Positions 1-11,030 of a stretch of 64,000 nt of DNA are shown in pieces. Source of the stretch: Seison nebaliae. Taxonomy: Eukaryota. Under the pieces are notes generated by a model. The model was not told the DNA's origin, did not search any database, and saw only the letters and a list, made by a program, of their open reading frames with translations. Numbering within the stretch: the stretch's first letter is position 1; each line of letters begins with the position of its first letter. A program made the translations under genes and the position numbers. Where the stretch lies: contig JALJEE010001982.1 of the NCBI GenBank assembly GCA_023231475.1, positions 1 through 64,000 on the forward strand, given 5' to 3'.

Positions 1-589
1 GACAACGATGATTTTCTGTCGAAGTCACCATGTTACTCTCAATTTTGTCTCGGATCAGTTCAACAGAATCAGGAGTGCTCATGAATTTCTCGACGCTACA
101 TGCGGTGGAACCCGAATACTCTGAAAGCGAAGTCAATAAACACTTATTCTCTTCCTTCAGTAATTCATTTTCACGACGAAATGTAGTGCTTTGCTTTCTC
201 AGAACAGCAATATCTTCATACATATTAACGAATTCCGAGAAACGAGATACCAATTCTACATCTTTTACAATTCGACATTTCTGTTCTTCCAGCAGCAAGC
301 GCTGATTCTCTAATACTTGCATCATATTAACCATATTATGATTATTGATGATTGAACTCTGGATTTTATCAACATCCAACAATTAATTTCCCCCACAAAG
401 ATTTTTTAGATCCATAATACTTTTGAACAGTTCCACATTGGTGACTCTCGCAACTCGAGAACTGGAACTTCCTCTCTTTGTGAGGGTCCGTTTCAAGGGT
501 GGTACTAAAACTGTTATTTCATTCTGATTTGTCTCGTTGACGGCCAAATTCTCATGACAGATCGATAAGTTGGGACCATTTGAAGTCAT
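1..589 (-). pseudogene. Disrupted coiled-coil ORF running off the window edge, possibly retroelement ORF1-like
   Basis: The ORF from ATG 589 stops at TAA 383-385, but the same frame continues without stops towards the window edge (LLDVDKIQ...QRLLLEEQK...VLRKQSTTFRRENELLKEENKCLL). It is heptad-like and intronless. No family recognised. Confidence 0.4.
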
Positions 590-658
590 CTTCAGTAATC
601 AAGTCTCACATCTTTTTGTTGTTTTTTTGTGATAAATTTGGTTATTTATTTTTATTGT

Positions 659-720
659 GAGATTCGAACTCGGATTGCTGAATTGAAAGCCCAGAGTGTT
701 CACCACTACACCATAGAACC
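659..720 (-). pseudogene. 3'-truncated tRNA-Gln-like pseudogene carrying a TTC anticodon
   Basis: Minus strand reads GGTTCTATGGTGTAGTGGTGAACACTCTGGGCT-TTC-AATTCAGCAATCCGAGTTCGAATCTC. It has a eukaryotic tRNA-Gln-type body, A box and GTTCGAATC B box. The end of the T-stem and the 3' acceptor strand are missing. Confidence 0.8.
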
Positions 721-1355
721 ACATTAACAGAACGAAACGACAACTATTTAAATGATTGAACTTGATTGATTTTCTTGAACATATTTATTGGAATTTAACA
801 TCGATCAGGAACATGTTCAGATTGAAATATACTTTACTTCCTAAACATCAATTTTTAAAGTATGATAACGATTAGATATTCTTATTCGATTTGGATGATA
901 TAAATTGAATTTGATATTTGAATGTTAATTATAATTCTTAAATTGATTGAGACTCTTTTTCTTAATTCATTTGTTTACAATTTCAATTGTTCTCAATTTA
1001 TTTACTTTCAACTTAAATTGTTTACCTAAAATTGGATTAGTAACGAAGTTGTTCAAAAAGGAAATTTGACTCTTTATTAATTCTCGAAAAATGAGTGGAA
1101 TTTAATTGTTCGAACAGTTTGTTTTAAATGTTTATTCGTAATACGTATAAATGTTGGAAATGAATTCTATTCTAACAATAAATTATTCCAATTCAGATAG
1201 ATAATTCAAAAAAAAATTTATTGATTTGGAGAGACTGAAATTATTCTTATCGTCAGTCTGAAAATAAATGTTTACAAGAAAGTCCTAACTCACACGAAAA
1301 TAAAATGATGATGATGGTTGAGATGATAATCGACATTGCGTAAATGGAAAGAAAA

Positions 1356-3159
1356 TTAAATTTGAATAGTATCAGAATATCGAGCGAGGAGAATCATGAG
1401 TCCATAGCCAGTAAGTAATCCTACATTTTGTAGGAGATATGGACATAACGCACACCATAATCTTGAGCGATAACTTAATTTCTCAATAGTACAATCCTTC
1501 TCTTGACATTGTTGTTGAAGTAGACGTTCTTCAGTCTCCTCAGATGAATGAATGAGTTCGGGTACCTGAAATTAACATGAATTTTTTCACTCTTTTCTCA
1601 TACGAACCATATTGACTAATGAGATATAAATGAACATTCCTCCGGCTAATGCGAAAATCCAAGAAGCAGCTTCTTCGCTTTCCACTCCGATGATTGCTCC
1701 GATAACAAATCCTAAATAGCAGAAGCATGCTGACATGAAATTCAGTGCCATCGCTTTCCAAATGGACATTCCCGAATTGATCAGAATGACGAAATCACCT
1801 TCACAATACAACCAAATGAAAACGATCAAATTTCAATTGTATTATCATATAAAGTTAACCTAATTCATGAGGAAATTCTTCACAAATGACAGCTAGTGCT
1901 ACATTGATTCCGATGGACTTGGATTGAGAGAAAGCTGCACCAATCGTCAATCCGTCGATGGTGTTATGAAGTGAATCACCGATGATGATCATCCAAGCAA
2001 CAATTCCACGAGTAGCATTACCTAAATGGACGTGATGTGGTTGTTTACTGTGAACGTCAGATGAGACACGATTGTCCATCATCGAGAAATGATCGGAAGT
2101 TGGACATTCATTCTTCTTTTCGCCTAATAAAATAGAAATGATGAATATATTCAAATTAAAAAAAAAATGATGAGAAAATGATGAAAAAGTGGAAAGCATT
2201 GTTTGAGTAAAAGCAAAGAAAAATGACCCGAACGAGAAGGAAAATAATTGAGGGAAATTGTTGAAAAGAAAATCTACCAAATAAACTGCACTGGAAATGC
2301 ACCAACATGCCTCATTGTTTGCCAATATTAATTGTCGTTCTTCTAGTGCTATTTTTTCCGTTAGTATGGAGTATTCGAGTAGAAATCAGAAGGAATGGAT
2401 TAGATGTCGAATAGAATATGAATATATATATAGGAAGAAATTGAAGTTTGTTAAATTTTTCTTTCAATTAATTCTTTTAAGGATGAATTTGAAAAGCGCT
2501 AACTATTCTCGTTCATTTTTTCTTCGCCATTTTTCATTTCATTATCTTCTTTCAATTTCTCGTCTTTCTAATCGAGAAGAAAATTAGAATAATTCTAATT
2601 CGAATAATAGAAATTTAACTCGACTCTTCTTGATTCGATTGGCAGAAATGATAAGATTAATCAATCGTTCCAATGTATAGAACATGTAAATTCCGACGAC
2701 AGCAGTCGATCCTTTCCATACGAAATGGAAATTCTTTTCCGACACTTTATACGCTTTCGGTAATAAATGTAACAACGCCGTTCCGGAAAGAGATCCGATT
2801 GCCAATCCAATTAATGTGAGATGGAAAAGATAATAAATTTTCGTTTTCATCAATGGATAGAGTAATGCACCCACCAGACTACAAAGATTTATTATGGTCA
2901 CCATCAACAATCCAATTCCCCAAATCTCACTTTTTGGAGGTCGTTCGAATGTAGTGAAATGGAATTTCTCATCATCAATCCATCCCTCACAACCACATTC
3001 ATTAACTGAACATTCGAACGATGTTTCATTTCCACATCGAATATTCTTTATAGAATTATCGATCGATTGTTTATTCATTATTGATATGGAATTATTGGAC
3101 GATGTGTAAGTTGATTTGATGAGGAGAAATATGTAAAAGTAGAAAAGGAAAATGTTCAT
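1356..3159 (-). CDS. SLC39A14: LIV-1 subfamily ZIP metal transporter, ZIP8/ZIP14-like (multi-exon)
   Basis: Signal peptide; TM segments ([35 protein letters not shown]); [20 protein letters not shown] motif rebuilt across intron 1799-1859; intron 1566-1607; stop at 1356-1358. Exons in the cytoplasmic loop (about 2130-2570) are not fully resolved. The ZIP8 versus ZIP14 assignment is arbitrary. Confidence 0.88.
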
Positions 3160-3780
3160 GATTCACTCATTCAAATGTTTTAATCGTTCGAAAATTATGA
3201 TGTTCTGAAAATAAACCACTCGTTATATTCGATGAGTTTTGATGTGTATGTTTTCAGAAACGTTTTTGATAATTTTCTTTCATTAATTAAACAGAAAACA
3301 TGATATGATGTATTGGAGCTTCATTTTCAAGTTTCAAATAATGTTTAAGATTCAAAGAGGAAATTTAGGAAACATATTATATATCCTGGATTTCCATTTA
3401 TAGAAGTAACACTTTCGAATTTTTGGGCAATTCATAAAATTTTTCTTTATTCAGATCAGAGATTAATAAATATTCATTTTTTTCTGTCATTTTACATCGT
3501 CGATTTGCTTTTGACGTTTAACGATTTTTACTTGTAGTTTTCAATTTCCAAAACTAATTATCATCATGAATATTTTACGGGGTATAGATATATATAGAAT
3601 AAACGACACATTAGTTATTATTTAAACAAAACAAAATATTGAGCAATTATTTCTTTAAATGAGAAACGAAGGCGAAAGAATTGGAAACATTAGAATAATT
3701 AAGATTCATTTGAATATCTGAAATTGATTAACAATGGCATGGTACACGTTCGCATCCGCCGTTTGACTCCAAAAAAATCA

Positions 3781-4066
3781 TAGAGATATAAAAAATAAAG
3801 TTAAAGAGATGTGTAAATTTTTTTATTGTTAGTCGAAGTATTACACCCGGTTTTTGGCCTTTTTTACTTTATATATGTAGATGTAGATATGTATTTTTTA
3901 TACGTATACAATTCTGTATATATTAAATAATTTTTTATACAGAATTGTACATCTATATATTTATATCTACATACGAAATAGAAAAAGGCCAAAATTCTGG
4001 TGTAATACTTCGACTAACAATAAAAAAATTTCCACTTCTCTTTAACTTTATTTTTCCTATCTCCAT
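3781..4066. mobile_element. Foldback / MITE-like palindromic element (~285 bp)
   Basis: Nested inverted repeats 3791-3809/4037-4055 (19 bp perfect), 3815-3847/3999-4031 (33 bp perfect) and 3907-3920/3936-3949 (14 bp). Non-coding and adjacent to a TA run. Confidence 0.75.
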
Positions 4067-4845
4067 ATATATATATATACCCTTGTAAGTTTAAAAGAAT
4101 TTTTGGAAGAAAAAATGGAAATTTTAATTTATTACAAAATCAAATCTGTTAGAAAGAAACTGGTAAGAAAATGAAATAATTCACCGTTTCCATTATATTT
4201 CTATTTTAAACAATTTGAGATAGATAAATGAAAAATTATTATCGTTAAATAAAATTGAGATAGTGGAGGAGTTGAACATAATTCTGATATATTGTGCAGT
4301 TGCTTGATTGGAATGAGGTGAAATGAGAGATATTATTTCTGCGTTTAGACCGCGGAAATCAACAAGCAACAACTCTCGATGGTGTGTTTGGGAAGGAAGT
4401 CGAGTAGAATATTTATAGGAAATGATTGTTGCAAATGGGAAGTGTCAATGTGTATTTTAGAGAATAATTTAAGGAAAGACTGGTGGAAGGCAATTTATTG
4501 TAATGGGGATGGAAAGAGGGTGGATGGAATCGTTGAAATATTAGAAGGAGAAAAATGATCGTAAACGAGAACAAAAGCAAATAAAGAATTGATTAATCAA
4601 TTATTAGTTTATTGACAAAGTTGGGAGATTTGATGCAGTTACCAGTAACATGTTCCTCTTCTCATTAGTCGTAACATTGTCGTTTAGTGAATGATAGTGG
4701 AATAATGATAGAAATTGAAATTAGAATTCCTCCGAATTGTCGGGAGTTTGGGACAAGACTTTCACTCTCCTTTTTGTCAGTCACTTTGTCATTAGCAGAT
4801 CCTTTTCCCATTTTGAGCATACAACCATAATGACATGACGTGCCC

Positions 4846-4859
4846 GTTGCTATGAGGAC
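4846..4859. promoter_or_regulatory. RFX X-box
   Basis: GTTGCTATGAGGAC (reverse complement GTCCTCATAGCAAC), about 130 bp upstream of the ATG of the C1orf87-like gene. Confidence 0.55.
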
Positions 4860-4864
4860 TGAGC

Positions 4865-4899
<35 letters not shown>
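4865..4899. repeat. (TGA)n microsatellite
   Basis: About 11 tandem TGA units read directly. Confidence 0.95.
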
Positions 4900-4990
4900 T
4901 AGTTGTTGTGAGGAAACAAGAAAGAAATTATACCATTTCTATTTTGATTCAGTTCATACTTTCTTCTCCATATCATTCTTCACTTCAAGA

Positions 4991-6326
4991 ATGACAAAAG
5001 TTGGACGAGCTCAAGTTTCTCTCATTAATTCTTTTCTTTCAATTCACTCGATTGTTGTTCTTTCTTCGTACGTCCAAAAATTCTTTCGAATAAACAAACT
5101 TCTCCATCAAACCATCAAACTAGTCACCCGAAGCCAATGCGAAAGGTCAACTCTTCCCACAATACTTGCCCGACAGCATTTCCTCCAATGTTCGTATCGT
5201 CGGCGGTCGACGTATCGTGTTTGTATAAGTTTTGTTTCCTTGTCCACTTATTGAAACTAATTGTCCAGTGAAAATAATCCAGTTGGAAATCATCCGAATT
5301 CCTCCTCTCTTACCCATAGTGGTAGTTCCAATTATAAGAGTGGAAGCGGTTCGACTAATATCAGTTACGTACATCACTTTCAACCGAGAATTCGCGATCG
5401 AAAACGTAATAAACCCAATCCTGTCACTCACATTCTCCCCGATAACGTGTCGTCCATTGAGACGGATCATCATAAAACAATGTATCGAATACAATATCCC
5501 AAATATAAAATCGAATATCCTCCTGTTAATTACAATCTTTCATTCTCCTCTTAACTCTACTTCTCTTTCTAGTTGACTGAATTGCCTCAATTGAAAGAAT
5601 TATCGAAACGAATTGCCAGTTCTCCTCTCGAACGAATTTCACGTGTCCAAAACAGATGGAAAGTCTTACCATCCGCCACAATTCTCCCATTAAATAAAAA
5701 TGAATTATCTTCTGTATCTCATTCTGATTTCACTGCTTTCAACAACAACAACAACAACAATAAGAAGAGTAAAAAAGAAATGATAGAAATAAGGAAAGAA
5801 AGGAATGAAAAAGAAGAAAATGTGAAATTGCCAATTATTTTGGAGAACAAGTTTTCCATTTTTTACCCTTCTAGTCATTTCAGATTTCTTACAATTTTCC
5901 AATTCTCCTAGAAAATCGGAAGAACAATTCAATGTTGATTTATATTCGGATAATCTCGTTCGTCATTCTCTTCACTCATTCTCATTTTTCATTCACTTCA
6001 ACAGGAGAAGAATACGGCGGCTTGGTTCGATCGATTTAAGATTCTCGCACAACATTTATATAATCTTCGTAATTCGAAATATCGTTAAATTTCATTTCAT
6101 TTCCATCCAATTCTCATACCGATTAGATTCCGGTTTAATTCCCAAGAAACATGTGAGACAAATCGTTCACTATTTTAATAAGGAGTTGAATCTCTTATTG
6201 AGTGAGAAAGATATCGAATCTGCTTTTCGAACGGGAACATTGCCAATGTACTCGAATTCGATTGGTGACCATATCATCCCAATTAACGTTGATCGCTTTC
6301 TCCGTCAGTTATGTAATATCATTTGA
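4991..6326 (+). CDS. C1orf87-like EF-hand-type protein (multi-exon)
   Basis: Frame-consistent splicing (introns about 5015-5123, 5219-5268, 5525-5572 and three more to about 6127) gives N-terminal VRIVGGRRIV and C-terminal AAWFDRFKILAQHLY...SGLIPKKHVRQIVHYFNKELNLLLSEKDIESAFR. This resembles the C1orf87 C-terminus as I recall it. The first exon is uncertain. Confidence 0.6.
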
Positions 6327-6890
6327 TTTGATTCATTTTTATTTAATTTGAGTATTTATATATTTCATTCATTTATTTTGATAAGAATGAATTAGAAAAA
6401 AAATTTATCTTGGTCAACGAAGAGGAAGAGTATGAATCATAATAAATGCGATTAAAATGTTCAGTAGAGAAGAAGAATAAGTAAAAAAAAAAAAAAAGAA
6501 GTAAAATAATTTGGTAAAAAGAAGAAATAAGGAGAAACGGATTTGTAATCGAAATGTCGAAAGGAATAACGAAGGAATACTACTCCACAATAATTCGAGT
6601 TGAATAAAAGAAAAATTGAGATGGTTTTTTTGTTTTTTTTTTTTTGAGATAACTCTCCCAATCCAAATAAACTGTGTCTCATCACCGAATATTGCTCTCA
6701 CTTTCTTCCTTCCTTCGTTCTCCTTCAATTCACAGATGCACGTTATCAATATGGTGTTGGTGGTGGTGGTGGTGGTTGTGATGTTCGTTTTGACAATCAC
6801 TCCAGAACATCATCAAGTTCGGTAGAAACATGTACAGATCACTCGAGGTCTCCTCTTGATGAGTAGGAAGTGTCGTCGAAGGAAATTTTG

Positions 6891-9800
6891 TTATTTCTCC
6901 TCATTTTTGATGCAGTTGTTGGTTGACATTGGCGGACGACCTCCAGAAATTTTGAGCCTGTTCTGAAGGTCTTCATCGCTTGTAATATCATCGTCAGACT
7001 CGGCGTTATCATCCTCCTCAATATCATCATTATCCAATTCGTCTTCCAATTCTTCCTCGATCGTATTTGGACATTGAATCGGCTTGTCTTTCTTCTCTTG
7101 TTTTCGTTCGTTCATTTCGATTTGCATCGATATCCAATCACGATTATTCTCGATATGTTCCAATAATTCAATTCCGTACGGAGCAACCAATCCTGTCCAA
7201 GTCTCATACAATGGATGAACGATGAAATCGATAAAACCCAACTATATACAAATTGAATGATGAATAATGAAAAGAAGAGAAATGAACTTGAGATTTCTCG
7301 ATGGAAGCCGTATCTCGATCACACATTGGAGAGATTTCCATATTCTGTTCACGTTCCATATCTCCTTGAAGGAAGAACTCGCTCATTACACCATCTTTCC
7401 ATCGTCGATAGAGAGGTAACGGTTTCGCCGGATTACTCAAATCCGCACAATGTATAGCACTTTGTAAAATCTGATTTAAAAATTTTAATTAAAATTGTTT
7501 AGAACGTGAAGAAAAAAAGAAACCTGAATTTTTTCGGAAGCAGAAATTTCCGTTTTTTCCAACGAACGACCTGACACTCGTTTCGATTCTACCATCGTCT
7601 TCAAATCAGCCAATAACATCATATGTTTCGACATGTCCGTCGAGAGAACCATTTGTATGATCATTTTACGCGTTAATTGACGTTGTTTATCAGTTAGTCC
7701 GGAGAAGATATCGAGTTCTTCTCGATTGATAATTTTGAACGCGACAGCTAAATGATGATTCTCTAACACCGATTCGTCGTTGTAGAGAATGGCCAAATGT
7801 GATTCTAAAAATCGATCATTCCATCAATCGCCATTCCACGTATAAGAAAAGAATTAACGTGTATGAATTAAATATTTGTTATTGACGCCAGGATGATCGA
7901 TATCATGAATAGCAGCAGCAAATATAGCGGCATAAATATCCAGATCAGTAAACGTATTCTGATGATTTTAGTGATGATAAAACAAATGAGAAATGATAAG
8001 AGAAATAACTGCGAGAACTGGTGTCCTCATCAGATAATGCATCGTTTGAGTGACATCGGCCGCATGCGTTCGATTATGATATGGATTGTCGTGATACGAC
8101 TCTTCGAAATAATACATGACAGCGAGCATTTTATATTCGTCGATATGGAATTTACGAAAGAAATCCAATTCCTGTAGGAAAGTGAGAATATGGAAATTGA
8201 TCGAAACATTTTTTTTCGCAAACTTTAAATATTCGATAAGAAATGACGATAAGTGGATGATTGTTGGTGAAGCGTGTTATGGCAAACACGTCAACTCCCC
8301 ATCGATTAACTCCTTCCAAATGCTACAAATGAATATTGAAAGAATGAGAGAAAGGGAAAAATGTAACTTTATCCAATTCTTCATTCTTCTTAATATTGAC
8401 ACCATATCCACTCGTGAGAGAGAGGACGTCGATCGATGAGAAAGTGTGACGTTCATCTTTGAAATGAAAGAAGATGGCGGACGATCCATTTATGTCAATG
8501 AAATCGTTTTTCGGTCGTAATTTCTTGAGAACGCTCGTTCGTCTCTTATCGAGTGGTGATGTAATGGCGCGAATAGCGTGACTATTATACAAATTTTCAT
8601 AATTCGTCTTTTGTGTCAAGAGACCTCGTGATGGCATCGACGAGAATTTATTCGTATTATTCGCCAAATTATCATTCTGAACAATAATTCGATGTTGATC
8701 GATATCGTCAACTGTCGACTGACCACAACAATTCTTCTCTTTATTAATATTGGTTTTATGTACGAGGAAATTAGTTTGAGAGGATCTCAATAATGGTTTA
8801 ATACCGGGCAATCGAGATAAGCGTGCCATAATGCCACTCTTTTCATTCATGTCTTCCGAACTGATTGATGGTTCCTTCGATTTGCGATAACGCTTCTTCG
8901 ACAATTTCCTCTCTTTTTTTTTCACATTTGATGACGACGTTCCAAATGTTGATGTTGATGACGATGACGGTTGTTGTTGCTGCTGTTGTTGTTGTCCTTC
9001 CTTCCCACATTTCTCTTTATTTGTTGACTTGTCGATGGAGATGTCTAACTGATCTTGTTCATTTGTCTTTTCATAAACCGGATTGACGTTATTTGCATTC
9101 TCCGCTATCGAATTCGAAGAAAATTAAAAATTATATAAAAAAAATTCATCTCACTCATCTCACTCACTCACAACAAATTCATAATAACATTCTCTTATTT
9201 ATCAATTCAACTAACTCAGAAATGTGTTGACGATATACGATTGCACTTCTACTCCCGATTTGTTTGCACCGGCAAAGTTAGATAACTCGCGATTGAGAAT
9301 TTTTGTGAACTAGTAAAAGATGGAGAGATGATTTTTTACGATTATTCATTCACGGACAATAATCACTTTATATTCGAAATTAATAATAATTTTCACAATT
9401 ACGTCCCTCGTCAATGTTCAATTAACGAGTGGGAGAGATGACGAAAGAAGATAAACAATAAATTTATTTACTTACCTTTATCGTAGCCATTTCCGCTACT
9501 GGTTTATTGGTTGACATCGTATCTAGTTGGTTGAGGCACCAGTCCAATTCTTTCAATGTTTCCAATTTCAATTTCTTACCAGCGTCCTTTACATCTTCGA
9601 TGGGAATATGATCTCGATCTCTACGATTGTTTTTGGAGAAGAATTGAGAATGAAAAATGAAAAGAATGAGAGAAACGAACTCGTCAGCTAATCCTGCAAT
9701 CTTCATATAGTTGTCACGAATATGATGCAGACAGGCAAGTAATTGGGCGAATGGCGTTATTATAACATCATCTTGGTGTTGTCTGCAAATGGGAGTGGCA

Positions 9801-11030
9801 AAAGAAGAGTAGATTTCAGGTGTTTTGTTGTGGATTGATAGACAAGATTGGGTGAGTATCTCTTCACATCTCTTCAACTTCGTCTCATCGTCCAACCTTT
9901 CTGTCCTCCCAAAGGCAGAGACGTGCACCGTCACCCATCGATATAAGGACAAGTAGGAGGAGGAGGAGGAGGAAGAGGAGGAAGAAGAGGAGGAGGAAGA
10001 AGAAGAGATAGAAGTGAAGAGTCAAAGAATGAGAATGAATGGCAAAATAACGAATATACTTATGTAAATAATGGGAAGGTATTAAATATGGTCATGGGAG
10101 CGATAAAGGAGAAATCCTGAAATCTGTTTCTTTCTTTAAAATATTAATCATAAATCTACTAACGAATCGCTATTGATCGAGGTGTTTCTGGACATGGGAA
10201 ACGAACAAACTTTCCCATTCTTTCCCTGATTGTCAGTGGACAAATTATTCTGAACATTCTCCCGTTTCTTGACGTCGTCGAAGGAAGTGGAGGATGAGGC
10301 TGGTGCAGCAGATAGAGTATTCGATAAATTATGAGTGGTTTGACTGGATTGGCTGCCGGCGGCACTTGCAGGATTATTTCCGTTGAATAGAGGAAAGTTG
10401 TTTGGATAGAAAAGATTGTTACCACTATTGTTCCCATTGAAGTTAGTTCCAGAACGATAAAGGAAAGACTCGCGTCGCATCGTCGACACGGAAGATGGGT
10501 CGACACTCAACGTATTGAGTTTGGATGGTGAGGGATGTTGGAGAATAGCTGATGAAGAATCGGGACTATGGATTGAATGACATTCCTTCTTCTTCTCAAT
10601 ATCAATTCCACTTTGTCGTCGATAACTTAATCGATTTCCATCTTTCCTCGAATGACGCTTCGACTCATTGGAATCAGTTGAGTATTTGGTGGTGGGAATA
10701 TTGAAAGACTTTGCATTCCAAGTTGTTCGTGTCTTCTTCGGACGTTTATCTGGTGATTTCTCGATGAATTGAGCTGATGGTTTCTTTTGAGTCGTCGACT
10801 GATGGAATTGATGTTCAAAATTATTCGCTGGATGTGAACTATTCCGTTTCTCAACTACTTCACTTCTCTTCTTGTTCGTCTCTCCTTTCAATGATGTTGG
10901 CAGACGATGTTGTTCTTGATAAGGTTTGGTGGATGGTTTCTCTTCAATCGGTTTTAATTTTTCCTGATTTTCTTTTTCTTCGACCTCGTACTTTCCACTA
11001 ACGGCTGCATCTACATGCTCGGCCGGCAAT
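6891..11030 (-). CDS. PDE4: cAMP-specific phosphodiesterase 4 (dunce-like), UCR1-UCR2-catalytic exons
   Basis: [12 protein letters not shown] site; [10 protein letters not shown] (UCR1); [14 protein letters not shown] and FTKILNREL (UCR2); [57 protein letters not shown]. Exons: 10164-11030, 9681-9782, 9476-9620, 9216-9309, 8368-9104, 8224-8322, 8010-8171, 7859-7958, 7524-7804, 7288-7470, 6891-7241. Confidence 0.95.

Noticed and set aside
30..305. Plus-strand 91-aa ORF
   Set aside because: Antisense shadow of the longer coiled-coil frame on the minus strand.
383..385. In-frame TAA as a sign of stop-codon reassignment
   Set aside because: Conserved genes in the window end normally at TAA, TAG or TGA and a 3480-codon ORF has no internal stops. 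A single nonsense mutation is simpler.
4665..4976. Minus-strand 103-aa ORF with a poly-Ile 'transmembrane' run
   Set aside because: The run is the (TGA)n microsatellite, and the ORF overlaps the promoter of the plus-strand gene.
5147..5576. ORFs 5147-5494 (-) and 5232-5576 (+)
   Set aside because: Alternative-frame or antisense shadows of the spliced C1orf87-like gene.
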